Shown: positions 1 to 9,376, numbered from the whole stretch's first letter. The stretch: DNA of 63,989 nt, filler included, from Myxococcota bacterium (GCA_049322255.1; 3 parts of 3 records of this genome joined end to end with filler, not necessarily neighbours in it); one strand, 5' to 3'. Made by a program: numbers and translations. The notes: generated by a model from the letters alone, not told the origin.

Positions 1-1
1 G

Positions 2-181
2 GCGTCGAAAGACACCAGATGCCTTCGCCGTGAGCGCGATGACGTTCGCTTCACGCGCACGGTGACGCTGCCCCAGCCGGTGGACGCCGACCATGTCGAG
101 GCGACCTACAAGAACGGCGTGCTCGAGGTTCTGCTCCCGCGCGTACCCGAACGGCAGCCGCGAAAAATTCAGGTCAACTAA
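2..181 (+). CDS. Hsp20/alpha-crystallin small heat-shock protein, 3' part (5' end outside window)
   Basis: Frame 2 reads RRERDDVRFTRTVTLPQPVDADHVEATYKNGVLEVLLPRVPERQPRKIQVN*, with the Hsp20 AxYxNGVL motif and IxV tail. Confidence 0.9.
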   Translation, partial: ASKDTRCLRRERDDVRFTRTVTLPQPVDADHVEATYKNGVLEVLLPRVPERQPRKIQVN

Positions 182-197
182 AGCAAGGGAGCAAGTC

Positions 198-626
198 ATG
201 AACACCCACACACAGAGCAACGGACAGACGACGGAGCCAGCGGAGCTGCACGTCCAGGCCAAACCGGAGGTGACCCGCGAGAGTGGGATGCACCAGGGCG
301 CCTGGTTCGAGCCGCGGGTCGACATCTATGAGACCGCGGACGCCTTGGTGGTGACCGCCGAGGTGCCGGGCGTCGAGGTGGAGGACATCGACACCGACCT
401 GCGCGACAACGTGCTCACCCTCACCGCTCGCACCCGCCCGGTGCCGGCGAGCTGGAAGCCCGTCTACGCCGAGGACACGCTGGGTCACTACCAGCGGCAG
501 TTCCGCCTGGGGCAGCAAATCGACCGCGCTGCCATCTCGGCACAGTTGGAGAACGGCGTGCTCACCCTCACGCTGCCCAAAGTCGAAGCGGCCAAACCGC
601 GGCGGATAGAGGTGAAGGCGGTATGA
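198..626 (+). CDS. Hsp20/alpha-crystallin small heat-shock protein
   Basis: ATG 198 after AAGGGAG; PRVDIYET...AEVPGV...YQRQFRL...AQLENGVLTLTLPK...RRIEV. Confidence 0.92.
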   Translation: MNTHTQSNGQTTEPAELHVQAKPEVTRESGMHQGAWFEPRVDIYETADALVVTAEVPGVEVEDIDTDLRDNVLTLTARTRPVPASWKPVYAEDTLGHYQRQFRLGQQIDRAAISAQLENGVLTLTLPKVEAAKPRRIEVKAV

Positions 627-643
627 GCGGCCCTCGTGGCGAG
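618..643 (+). repeat. 26-bp direct repeat, copy 1 (copy 2 at 2025-2050)
   Basis: GCGGTATGAGCGGCCCTCGTGGCGAG vs GCGGTATAAGCGGCCCTCGTGCCGAG, 24/26 identical. Confidence 0.75.
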
Positions 644-695
644 AGCGCGAGGTGACGGCGGCGGCTGCTGCACGGACACGCCTTCTCAGCCATAT

Positions 696-724
696 TTGCA
701 ATTCTCAAAACGAGAATATACGTT
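696..724 (+). promoter_or_regulatory. Putative sigma70 promoter with an inverted-repeat operator in the spacer
   Basis: TTGCAA(696-701)-17 bp-TACGTT(719-724); ATTCTC-N5-GAGAAT palindrome at 701-717. Confidence 0.55.
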
Positions 725-742
725 CCTTCGCAAGGCGTTGCG

Positions 743-1249
743 ATGGAGACCGAAGCGCTCAAACCCCAGGATGTTGTCGTCGCGCTCAAGCTCGCCTGTG
801 TCCCCCAATGGAATTATCAGGGGTTGCAGGCGGCGCTTCGCATGAGCTCGTCGACGATTCATGAAGCCGTCCGCCGGCTTTCGAGGGCCCGACTGTTCAA
901 CCCGCAGCGGCGCCGGGTCGTTCGGGCGGACCTCATTGAGTTCCTCGAGCATGGAGTCCGCTTCGCATTCCCGGTCGTTCTGGGCGCGCCGGTCCTTGGT
1001 GTCCCGACGGCCTCCTCTGCCGAGCCGCTTCGTCACCGGCTGCTCTCCGGCGACGAGCGCACTTGCGTCTGGCCGTCCAAGGTCGGCTCGGTTCGAGGCC
1101 GGAGCGTGGTTCCGCTCCACCCCGGCGTTCCCGAGGCGGTGCGAGATGACCCGAAATTGCACCGCCTTCTGGCAATTGTCGACGCGCTTCGCGTGGGCGA
1201 CGCACGCGAGCGGGAGCTCGCCGCTGAAGAGCTGCGCAAGGAACTTTAG
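743..1249 (+). CDS. Winged-helix DNA-binding protein, putative AbiEi-like antitoxin/regulator
   Basis: N-terminal wHTH (LKPQDVVVALKL...YQGLQAALRMSSSTIHEAVRRL); conserved-looking EFLEHG, GVPTA, VWP, VDALRVG motifs; directly abuts the NTase gene. Confidence 0.65.
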   Translation: METEALKPQDVVVALKLACVPQWNYQGLQAALRMSSSTIHEAVRRLSRARLFNPQRRRVVRADLIEFLEHGVRFAFPVVLGAPVLGVPTASSAEPLRHRLLSGDERTCVWPSKVGSVRGRSVVPLHPGVPEAVRDDPKLHRLLAIVDALRVGDARERELAAEELRKEL

Positions 1250-1942
1250 ATGGCGACGACGCGCGCGCGAATCCTCGAAGCGCTCGAGAAAGTCGCATCG
1301 GCGCTGGGCCCAGACGTGGCCAACGTCGTCTTCCTCGGCGCGACGGCGTCCGCCCTCTACCCGGCGAACAGTCTCACAGACATCCGCCCCACGAACGACG
1401 TTGACCTGCTCGTCCGGACGTCGCTCGCTGAGTATTACGCCCTGATGGCGAGGCTGAAGGAGCGGGGCTTCGAGGAGTGCCGGGACGAGGGCGCACCCAC
1501 CTGTCGCCGAAGGCTGGGAGACGACCTGCAGGTCGACGTGATGGTGCCGGACCCGGAAGTTCTCGGGTTTTCGAACAAGTGGTACCCGGAGGCATTCGAT
1601 AGAGCGGCGTCGTACCCGTTACCCAGCGGCCGCCCCATTCGAGCCATTACTCCGATTTATTTCCTGGCGACGAAGCTGGAGGCGTTCCGGAGCCGAGGAA
1701 AGGGCGACTTCAGGAGCAAGGACATCGAGGACATCGTATTGATGCTCGATGGAAACCCCGACGTTTTACACCTCGTGCAAGAGGACGATGGTGCTGCAGC
1801 GTCCGAGGTGAAAGACCAACTCGCCCAGTTCGCCAGGAACCGGGACTTCGAGGACGCTGTCTTCGGGTGCTTTCCGGGCGACAACGCCTCGCAAGGCAGG
1901 GCCGCAGCCGGGCTGGCCCGCCTCCTTCAGGCCGTGTCGTGA
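1250..1942 (+). CDS. Nucleotidyltransferase, AbiEii/AbiGii-like putative toxin
   Basis: VFLGATA...RPTNDVDL...VDVM...FLATKLEAF..RG...SKDIEDI match pol-beta-like AbiEii motifs (GG/GA, RxTxDxD, K, KDxxD). Confidence 0.75.
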   Translation: MATTRARILEALEKVASALGPDVANVVFLGATASALYPANSLTDIRPTNDVDLLVRTSLAEYYALMARLKERGFEECRDEGAPTCRRRLGDDLQVDVMVPDPEVLGFSNKWYPEAFDRAASYPLPSGRPIRAITPIYFLATKLEAFRSRGKGDFRSKDIEDIVLMLDGNPDVLHLVQEDDGAAASEVKDQLAQFARNRDFEDAVFGCFPGDNASQGRAAAGLARLLQAVS

Positions 1943-2024
1943 GCGGCCCGGTGCATATCCTCGTTGCGAACAGCCAGCCTCCCGTCTTTCTGAGACAGGC
2001 CTGACGTCGTCGACGCCGTGGGAA

Positions 2025-2050
2025 GCGGTATAAGCGGCCCTCGTGCCGAG
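2025..2050 (+). repeat. 26-bp direct repeat, copy 2
   Basis: Matches 618-643 at 24/26 positions. Confidence 0.75.
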
Positions 2051-2999
2051 TACGCCCAAGCCGCTCATCGTCCCCGCTGGACTGGTCGGCACCTTCTTTG
2101 CCCGCTGCGTGGTTTCGACGCTGCGGGCACTCCCCAGGGCTGCGCATCGGGTGCTCGCTCATGCAGTCGGTGCGCTCGCCTACGGGTTGGGCATTCGGCG
2201 GGGGGTGACACTGGAGAACCTGGGGCACGCCTTCCCCGAGCGGACCGAGGCCGAGCGGCGGCGCATCGCTCGTGACGCCTACGTCAACATGGCGTTGGCG
2301 GCGATCGAGGCGCTCACCTCGAGCAGGCTCACCGATGACGAGGTGGAGCAGGCGGTGGTGCTGGAGAACTGGGCTCCGCTGCAAGCCGCGATCGACGCCG
2401 GCAAGGGAGTGCTGGTGGCCACCGCCCACTTCGGCAGCTGGGAGCTTTTCGCCAACCTGATGGTTCGCCGGGGGGTGCCCTTGAGCGCGGTGGTGCGGCC
2501 ACTGCGCGGCGCTTTCAATGCGCGCATCGTGGAGAGTCGGCAGAAGGTGGGGCTGGGGCTCATCCTCCAGCGCGGAGCCGTTTCAGAGGTGAGCCGCGCG
2601 GTGGGCGAGGGGAGGGTGGTGGCTCAACTGGTCGACCAGGTGTTGCCGGCGACGAAAGGGGTATTCGTGCCTTTCTTCGGCCGCCCGGCCTCGACCACTC
2701 CCGGCTTGTCTGTGGTTGCGCAGCGCACCGGGGCCCCGGTCTTCGTGGTTCTGGCGGCCCGCGACGGAGGAAGGTTGCGGGTGTTCGTGGAGGGGCCGGT
2801 GCAAGCGCCCAAGACCGGCGATCGGCAACGTGACCTGGAAGCGCACGTCGCCCAAATGACGGCGATCATCGAGCGCTACATTCGGCGCTATCCCGACCAG
2901 TGGCTGTGGCTGCACCGCCGGTGGAAGGAGCAGCCGCCCGCCCCCCTAAAACCCAACGCGAAGCCCGACCCCGAAATCGGCGACCGGGGCAGGGACTGA
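2043..2999 (+). CDS. Lipid A biosynthesis (LpxL/HtrB-family) acyltransferase
   Basis: TAHFGSWE, LVDQ, VFVPFFGRPA, YPDQWLWLHRRWK motifs; start uncertain. Confidence 0.88.
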   Translation: MPSTPKPLIVPAGLVGTFFARCVVSTLRALPRAAHRVLAHAVGALAYGLGIRRGVTLENLGHAFPERTEAERRRIARDAYVNMALAAIEALTSSRLTDDEVEQAVVLENWAPLQAAIDAGKGVLVATAHFGSWELFANLMVRRGVPLSAVVRPLRGAFNARIVESRQKVGLGLILQRGAVSEVSRAVGEGRVVAQLVDQVLPATKGVFVPFFGRPASTTPGLSVVAQRTGAPVFVVLAARDGGRLRVFVEGPVQAPKTGDRQRDLEAHVAQMTAIIERYIRRYPDQWLWLHRRWKEQPPAPLKPNAKPDPEIGDRGRD

Positions 3000-4487
3000 A
3001 ATCGGCGGCACGGTCTGGCCGGGGACGAGGGTGAGGACGGGCGTGTCGAACCCCAGGCGGAATTCGCCCCCGCGTTTGCCGTAGTGCACCGAACCGAAGA
3101 GCTCGACGGTGAGGTACGAGAGCACGCGAATGAAGACATCGGCACGGGTGATGAAAGAGAGGTCGCTCAAGTTGCCGATGTTGGAGGCCACCACGGTGAC
3201 CTCCTCGAGGCCTCCAGGAAGGCCGCTGGCCAGCGCATACAGCGCGGCGTAGTGCTTGCCCACATAGAAGGGCGTGAAGCGGCCGGTGGCCAAAAGCAGC
3301 GGGTAGAGCTCAGGCTCGCTGGTGCCCACCCCGTTGTAGAAGTACTCGGCGCCGAAGTTGATGACGTTCTGCTCGGTGTACTGCCACTGGTAGGTGAGGC
3401 CGCCGCTGGTCGCCACTTGGACACCTTGGGGGCTGAAGAGCTCGAGCTGGTCGAAGAGCGGCTGGGACAGGTCGAGCTCGCCTCGGGTGCGCACCAGCTG
3501 GAAGTCGCCGCCCCGGCGCAGCGCCAGCTCGCCGTAGACGTCGAAAGGTCCCAGCGCCGAGGAGAGGTCGAAGCCGTACCGCGGCCTCGTCTGGCCGACG
3601 AAGACCGCGTCGGCGCCCAACTCGGTGTTGCCGAAGACAATCTCGGCGCGTAGGGCGCCACCCAGCTTGGCCAGCTCATCTGCGGGTTGGCGGTTGTCGA
3701 AGAGCCCGATGGCGTAGAAGTTCCACCCGCGCGCTTCCCACGGCACGTGGAGCTTCACCATGTTCGCGCCCAGCCGGTCGTCGAAGACCGCCAGCGGGTC
3801 CTTTCGCTCCGGGGTCAGGAAGTCGGTGGGGTTCCAGAAGCGAGAGACGCCCCACTTCGCGTGCTGCTTGCCGGCGGTGACGAAGACGACACGCGCGATG
3901 TCGAAGCGCAGCCAGAGCTGATCCAGGAAGATGCCGGGGTTTTCGGTGGTGGGACGGGTGGCGCCGGTGAAGGTCGGCAGCTGTGAAGTTGCTTGGGGGT
4001 CGAGCAGTGGGTCGTAGCGCATGCGCGCGAGGAGAAAGCCGCGCACGCGGTCGGAGGGGCGAGCGTCGAGGTAGCCGTCGAAGAGGTTGGGCGCGGCGAG
4101 CGATATGGTTTTGAAGGTGTCGGCGTCGTTGCCGCTGGCGATGGTGCGCAGGTACAGCGTGCCGCCGACGGTCAAGGGGTTGGCCGCCGCCTCGCCGGTG
4201 TCGAAGGCGCTCTGAGCCGCAGGGAGCCCCAGCCGCTCGGCGTCGCGCTGGGCCTGCTCGCTCTCGGTCCCATGGGGCTGAACTTGCACGGCGCCCTCAG
4301 GCGGCGGGGGGCTCGCATCGGGGCCGCCGAAGAGCTCCGCTTCGCTGGGGCGCCCCTCACCCCCACCCTCTCGCAGAGGGAGAGGGGGTTGGGGCACGCC
4401 GGCGTCGGCGAAGCCTGCATCCGAGGCGGCGAAGAGCTCGGCTTCGGTGGGTTGCGCGAGGAGGAGCAGCAGCGCCCATGGGCTCAT
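2946..4487 (-). CDS. Putative outer-membrane beta-barrel protein of the ABC/LolA-like operon
   Basis: ATG 4487 overlaps the upstream stop (ATGA); signal-like MSPWALLLLLAQ; GKQHAKWGVSRFWNPTDFL; amphipathic strands ending in C-terminal F (VGLRVGF). Confidence 0.75.
   Translation of the reverse strand: MSPWALLLLLAQPTEAELFAASDAGFADAGVPQPPLPLREGGGEGRPSEAELFGGPDASPPPPEGAVQVQPHGTESEQAQRDAERLGLPAAQSAFDTGEAAANPLTVGGTLYLRTIASGNDADTFKTISLAAPNLFDGYLDARPSDRVRGFLLARMRYDPLLDPQATSQLPTFTGATRPTTENPGIFLDQLWLRFDIARVVFVTAGKQHAKWGVSRFWNPTDFLTPERKDPLAVFDDRLGANMVKLHVPWEARGWNFYAIGLFDNRQPADELAKLGGALRAEIVFGNTELGADAVFVGQTRPRYGFDLSSALGPFDVYGELALRRGGDFQLVRTRGELDLSQPLFDQLELFSPQGVQVATSGGLTYQWQYTEQNVINFGAEYFYNGVGTSEPELYPLLLATGRFTPFYVGKHYAALYALASGLPGGLEEVTVVASNIGNLSDLSFITRADVFIRVLSYLTVELFGSVHYGKRGGEFRLGFDTPVLTLVPGQTVPPISVPAPVADFGVGLRVGF
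4353..4388 (+). repeat. REP-like palindromic repeat inside the OMP coding sequence
   Basis: CCCCTCACCCCCACCCTCTCGCAGAGGGAGAGGGGG, same family as 11101, 52629, 63131 and 24010. Confidence 0.7.
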
Positions 4488-5254
4488 CGGCTCTTGCTCT
4501 CGAGCCAGGCCTTGGTGAACAGGTTCGCGTCGAGGCTGGACAGATCGACCTGCTTGATCAGCACCAAGGTGGAGTTCGCCTTCTCCACTTCGTCGTAGAT
4601 GCGAATCTCCTGGGGGAACCAGACGTCGCCTTTCTTCGAGGGGCTGAAGAGCTTCTGCCACCGCGGGTAGTAGGAGGTTCGCAGGAGCTTTCCCGAGAGG
4701 GCGAATTCCTGCCGCTTGAGGATGTTCTGGGTCTTCACGTCCACCCACAGCTGCACCACCGGGTAAGCGACGTCGATGCCTGGTTTGACCTTGAGGTTGA
4801 GCCTGTGCACCGTGAAGGCGCCCAGCTTCTCTTCGCCCTCGTAGGCGGGGTCGTACTCCTCGGCCAGGCGCGATTCGTCGAAGTCGGCGCGCCGAGAGTT
4901 GGTGCCGCCGATGCTCTCGCGCTCGGTGACGCGCTCCCATTTGCCCACGTTGGGGTCGTAGGACCAGAGGTTCTTCTCCAATCGCAGGTAGCCCTTGCCC
5001 TCCTCGCTCTTGGGCTTGGTGAACAGGAGCATCAGCTTGTCGTCGGCATCGCGGCGAAAGACGAGCATCTCGCGCACGATGTCGGTGCGGTCGCGCTCCT
5101 TCTGCTCGAGGTAGGCGAGCGCCTTGTAGTCGCCGCTGTTGCGCTGGCGGTCGTCGATGGTCCTCAGCAACGAAACCATCTGCTCCTGGTCCAACGCGGC
5201 GAACGCGGGCGCGGCGAGAAGGAGGGATGTGACGAGGGCGAGACGGAAGTTCAT
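4484..5254 (-). CDS. Outer-membrane lipoprotein-sorting (LolA-like) periplasmic protein
   Basis: Signal peptide ...APAFA; LMLLFTKPKSEEGKGYL...NLWSYDP...RESIGGTN...DF; typical position after MacB/LolCE permeases. Confidence 0.8.
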   Translation of the reverse strand: MNFRLALVTSLLLAAPAFAALDQEQMVSLLRTIDDRQRNSGDYKALAYLEQKERDRTDIVREMLVFRRDADDKLMLLFTKPKSEEGKGYLRLEKNLWSYDPNVGKWERVTERESIGGTNSRRADFDESRLAEEYDPAYEGEEKLGAFTVHRLNLKVKPGIDVAYPVVQLWVDVKTQNILKRQEFALSGKLLRTSYYPRWQKLFSPSKKGDVWFPQEIRIYDEVEKANSTLVLIKQVDLSSLDANLFTKAWLESKSR

Positions 5255-5257
5255 GAG

Positions 5258-6559
5258 CTACCCGATGTGGTGCATGGCGGTGATCGGCCGCATGCGGGCC
5301 GCCAAGTAGGATGGCACCAGCGACACCGCGGTGATGCAAAAGGTGATGAAGGCGACGGAGAAAACGAGCCAGGCGAGGGTTGGGGTGAGCACCAAGTGGT
5401 CGGTCATCAGAAATAGTTGCACCGAGAGGGGCACCGGCACGTGGGCCCAATTGAGCGCCGCCGAGACGGCCAGACCGAGCAGAGCGCCCAGCGCGGTGCC
5501 GCACAGCCCGAGCAAGAAGCCTTCGGTGAGGAACATGGAAAGCACGCCGCGGCGCTGCATGCCGATGGCGCGCAAGGTGCCGATCTCCCGGGTGCGCTCG
5601 CGAATGGAGATCCACATCACGTTCATGATGCCCACGCAGATGATGACCACCAGGATGAGGGTCACCGCCACCGAGAGCGCGGTGAGCGCGGTGGCCGTCC
5701 ACTTCATGAAGGAGATTTCGTCTTCCCAGGTGGTGACGTCGAGCTTCTGCCCAGTCCAGGCCTCCCGGTTGACCACTTCGAACTTCATCCAAAAAGCGCG
5801 CGGGTCGGCGTCCATCACCTCGTAGCCTTCGTTGGCGAGCGCTTTGCGCAGGCGCTCCTGCACCGCGGTCACCTGGCGCAGGTCTTTGAGGTGCAGCTGA
5901 ACGACCCCGGTGGTGGTGTCGTTGAGCTGGTAGAGCGTGCGCTGGGCGTCTTCCCCGATGAAGATGCCGAAGGCGCTCATCAGGCCGATGTTGTTGGCGA
6001 TCGCCACCACGTCGACGTCGAGGGTGTTGTTGGTGCCACGGAAGGTGGGCGCGGCGATGGTCAGCTTGTCGCCCACCTTGACCGAGAGCTTCTTCGCCTG
6101 CTCTTCGAAGATCAGCACCGAGTTGGGGTTCGCCAGGTTCTCGAGGTTGCCTTCTTTGAGCACCACCACCTTGCGAAAACCTGGCTCGTTGGCGACGTCC
6201 ACCCCGGTGAGGCCCACTTGAATCGACCCCGAGTCGGAGATCAGCTTGGCCCACCCGCGCCCGCGCTGAAGGACGTAGTCGAGCTCGGGCACCTCCCGGC
6301 GGACCAGGGCGACCACCTTCGCGTAGTCGGTGACCACCGGCGCCGACTGGCCCGCGGTGACCTTGTAGAAGCCGCCGACGTTGACGTGCCCGCTCATCAG
6401 CGTCGTGGCCGATTCGAGCATGGTGTCGCGCATGCCCGTGGAGATGCCGGTGAGCACCAAAAGCAGCGCGGTGACGAAGGCGATCGCCGCTCCCAGCAAG
6501 AAGGTGCGGGTGCGGTGCTGCAAGAGGCTCCTGGCCGCGATCATGAAGAGCTGGCCCAC
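5258..6559 (-). CDS. ABC transporter permease, FtsX/MacB/LolCE family
   Basis: TM1-periplasmic domain-3TM layout; GIMNVMWISIRERTREIGTLRAIG motif; GTG start at 6559. Confidence 0.9.
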   Translation of the reverse strand: MGQLFMIAARSLLQHRTRTFLLGAAIAFVTALLLVLTGISTGMRDTMLESATTLMSGHVNVGGFYKVTAGQSAPVVTDYAKVVALVRREVPELDYVLQRGRGWAKLISDSGSIQVGLTGVDVANEPGFRKVVVLKEGNLENLANPNSVLIFEEQAKKLSVKVGDKLTIAAPTFRGTNNTLDVDVVAIANNIGLMSAFGIFIGEDAQRTLYQLNDTTTGVVQLHLKDLRQVTAVQERLRKALANEGYEVMDADPRAFWMKFEVVNREAWTGQKLDVTTWEDEISFMKWTATALTALSVAVTLILVVIICVGIMNVMWISIRERTREIGTLRAIGMQRRGVLSMFLTEGFLLGLCGTALGALLGLAVSAALNWAHVPVPLSVQLFLMTDHLVLTPTLAWLVFSVAFITFCITAVSLVPSYLAARMRPITAMHHIG

Positions 6560-6560
6560 G

Positions 6561-8672
6561 CTACTCCTCCGTCTGCATCGCCCGGAGCGGCGAGACCCGG
6601 GTGGCAATCACCGCGGGGATGAGGGTGGACACCGAGCTGACGAACAAGATGATGACGAAGGCGGCGAGGAGATTGCCCGCAGTGAGAACCGGCAAGAGTC
6701 GAGGCCCGCTGAAGAAGAAGTACATCACCTCGCTGGTGGCAGGAATGCCTTTGGCGTGCAGCAGCGCCATGACGCCCGCACCCAGCGCGCCGCCCAAGAG
6801 ACCGAAGAGCAGCCCCAGCACCAAGGTCTCCACCAGCACCATGGTGAGCACGAAGCCACGCTGTGCTCCGATGGCTCTCATCGTGCCGATGGTCTGGGTG
6901 CGTTGCAGCGTGGCCATCATCATCGCGTTGTTGATGATCACCATCGCCACCACGAAGATGATCGCCACCGCGAAATACAGGCCCGCCTTGGCGACGAACA
7001 CGAACTGGCCGAGAATTCCCGACGCCTTCTGCCAGCTCACCGCCTTGAGCGGCAGCCCCTTGGCCTTGCCCGCGGCCTCGATCGCGCCGAGGGTTTCTTC
7101 GAGCCGGCGCGGATCTTCGAGAATCACCGCCGCGTTGAGCACCACTCCTCCTTCGATTTCCTCTTGGGAGTAGACGCGGCGCGCCAAGTCTTCGGTGCGC
7201 TGGGCGCGGGCGGTGCCGGTGAGGTGCGCAGACTCGTCGATCACCCCCGGTGTCGCTTCGGCCACCAGCTGTGCCTCGCCCCCGAAGAGCTCCTCCTCCA
7301 CGTTGCCGCGGGCAATTGCCTGGACGCCGGCCTCTCGTTGCAGCTTGGCCAGCTCCTGCGCCTTTTCGGCGGTGAGGTAGCCGTAGAGGTCGCGGAAGGA
7401 CATCAGATCCATCAGATTCAGCCCGCCGGCCAGGGGCGATTTCTCCAGCCCCTCGAAGTGGAAGGTGCCGTAGACCTTCACGTTCACCGACTGCACGTAG
7501 CCCGAGCGGGTGAAGGCCTTGATGGTGAGCACATCGCCGATGCGCACCCGGTAGAGGCCAAGCAGCGGGGCGAGCTCGTCGTAGAAGATGCGGTAGTGCT
7601 TCTCGAAGTTGGCGTCGTCGGTGGAGAACAGCTCGACCAACAGCTCCTCCAAGCTGCCCTTCGAGGACCCAAGTGCCTTCTGTAGGCGCACGGTCGCCTC
7701 GCGGGTCGCCAGCGCGTCGAGCTGCAGAAGAATCTCCCGCGTTTGTGACTTGTTCTCCTTGACGAAGCGCTGCAGCTCCGGGTCGGCGGCGAGGGTGCGG
7801 CCGCTCTCCGCCAGCCCTTCCTTGATGAGGTCGAGGCGCCGCGCGTTCTTGAGCTTCAAGAACTCCTCGTAGAAGAACTTGGAGAAGAGAAACCCGCGCT
7901 GTCCGGGGGGCACCATCTGGCCGTCGACGATGCGCATGCGGTCGAACGACTTCTGGTAAGCGTCGAGATCGGTGCCCACGTAGCGCAGGTAGACGATGTC
8001 GCCGTCGGAGAGCAGCGGCGCGATGCGATTCTCGAGGAATTCGAGCGCGTCGAACGGGTCTTCCTCGAACTTCTCCCAGAAGACGTCGCTGGCGGCGCGC
8101 TCCAGCGCCTCGAGCGAGCGGGCCTCGATCGCCCCTTGGGCCATCAGCGCCTGGGTCTTCTCGACGTCCGACTTGAGCACGCGGACGATCTGCTTCACGT
8201 GTTCCTTCTGGCTCTCGATTCGCGCGGCAAGGTCTGAGGGAAGGGCCCCGGCCTTCTTTTGGCGCTCGTTGTACAGCTCGCGCAGCCGTGCCAGCGTCAG
8301 GTCGACCGTGTTCCCCGAGGTGACCAGCGCTCCGTTGATGCCCATGGGCACCACGCTCTTCACGTTGGGCACGCCCTCGAGCACCGCCTTCACTTTGGAG
8401 AAATCATCGAGCGCCGCCAAGTCGGCCTCGCCGCCCATCTCGCCGTAGAGCGCGAGCTCGTCTTTCGACTCGCTGGAGTAAACTTGAAGGTGGCCCGCCA
8501 CCGAGCCAATCACCGAACGGCTCATCGCCGAGTCCAGGCTGTCGAGCAGGGCGCCCCCCACCACCACCGCCATCGTGCCCACGGTGATGAGCCCGCCGAT
8601 GACGAGGTTGATCGGGCTGGCGAAGAGGTTTCGCAGCGCAATCTGCACCAGCACCAGGGCGCGGGCGATCAC
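6561..8672 (-). CDS. ABC transporter permease, FtsX/MacB family, with very large periplasmic domain
   Basis: IINNAMMMATLQRTQTIGTMRAIG motif; >500-aa periplasmic region between TM1 and TM2. Confidence 0.88.
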   Translation of the reverse strand: MIARALVLVQIALRNLFASPINLVIGGLITVGTMAVVVGGALLDSLDSAMSRSVIGSVAGHLQVYSSESKDELALYGEMGGEADLAALDDFSKVKAVLEGVPNVKSVVPMGINGALVTSGNTVDLTLARLRELYNERQKKAGALPSDLAARIESQKEHVKQIVRVLKSDVEKTQALMAQGAIEARSLEALERAASDVFWEKFEEDPFDALEFLENRIAPLLSDGDIVYLRYVGTDLDAYQKSFDRMRIVDGQMVPPGQRGFLFSKFFYEEFLKLKNARRLDLIKEGLAESGRTLAADPELQRFVKENKSQTREILLQLDALATREATVRLQKALGSSKGSLEELLVELFSTDDANFEKHYRIFYDELAPLLGLYRVRIGDVLTIKAFTRSGYVQSVNVKVYGTFHFEGLEKSPLAGGLNLMDLMSFRDLYGYLTAEKAQELAKLQREAGVQAIARGNVEEELFGGEAQLVAEATPGVIDESAHLTGTARAQRTEDLARRVYSQEEIEGGVVLNAAVILEDPRRLEETLGAIEAAGKAKGLPLKAVSWQKASGILGQFVFVAKAGLYFAVAIIFVVAMVIINNAMMMATLQRTQTIGTMRAIGAQRGFVLTMVLVETLVLGLLFGLLGGALGAGVMALLHAKGIPATSEVMYFFFSGPRLLPVLTAGNLLAAFVIILFVSSVSTLIPAVIATRVSPLRAMQTEE

Positions 8673-9376
8673 GCGTGCAGCTCCGCTGGTGTGGGGGTGG
8701 CGCGGCCCAGCACCTTTCCGTCGGCCAGCCGCACCACGGCGTTGGCGTGCGCCATCACGTTCTGGTCGTGGGTGGAGAAGATGAAGGTGGTGCCTTTTTG
8801 CCGGTTGAGCTCCTTCATCAGGTCGATGATGTTCTGCCCGGTCACCGAGTCGAGGTTGGCCGTCGGCTCGTCGGCGAGCACCAGCTTGGGCTCGGTCACC
8901 AGCGCGCGCGCCACCGCCACCCGTTGCCGCTGCCCGCCGGATAGCTCGTTGGGGCGGTGCTTGGCGTGGCCGGCCAACCCGACCTGCTGAAGCAGCCCCA
9001 TCACCCGCTTCTTGCGCTCGGCGCTGCCCAGCCGCCGCTGCAACAGCAACGGGAACTCGACGTTCTGAAACACGCTCAACACCGAGACCAGGTTGAAGCT
9101 CTGGAAGATGAAGCCAATGGTGTGCAGCCGCAGCGAGGTGAGCTGCCGCTCGGACAAGCGCGCGGTGTCATGTCCGGCCACCTCGACTTTTCCGCTGGTG
9201 GCGGTGTCGACGCAGCCGATGAGGTTGAGCAGCGTCGTCTTGCCGCTGCCCGACGGCCCCATGATGGAAATGAATTCTCCCTCGCTGACCTCGAGCGAGA
9301 CGCCTCGGAGGGCCGGCACCACCACCTTGCCCAGGTGGTACTCCTTCACCACGTCGACGATCGAAACGATCGGCAT
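8669..9376 (-). CDS. ABC transporter ATP-binding protein (LolD/MacB-like)
   Basis: GPSGSGKT, GFIFQSFNL, LSGGQRQRVA, LADEPTANLD, STHD. Confidence 0.95.
   Translation of the reverse strand: MPIVSIVDVVKEYHLGKVVVPALRGVSLEVSEGEFISIMGPSGSGKTTLLNLIGCVDTATSGKVEVAGHDTARLSERQLTSLRLHTIGFIFQSFNLVSVLSVFQNVEFPLLLQRRLGSAERKKRVMGLLQQVGLAGHAKHRPNELSGGQRQRVAVARALVTEPKLVLADEPTANLDSVTGQNIIDLMKELNRQKGTTFIFSTHDQNVMAHANAVVRLADGKVLGRATPTPAELHA

Noticed and set aside
4488..6254. 1102-aa ORF 2946-6254 as a single giant protein
   Set aside because: The N-terminal ~590 codons are an off-frame shadow of the permease and LolA-like genes; the real gene starts at 4487.
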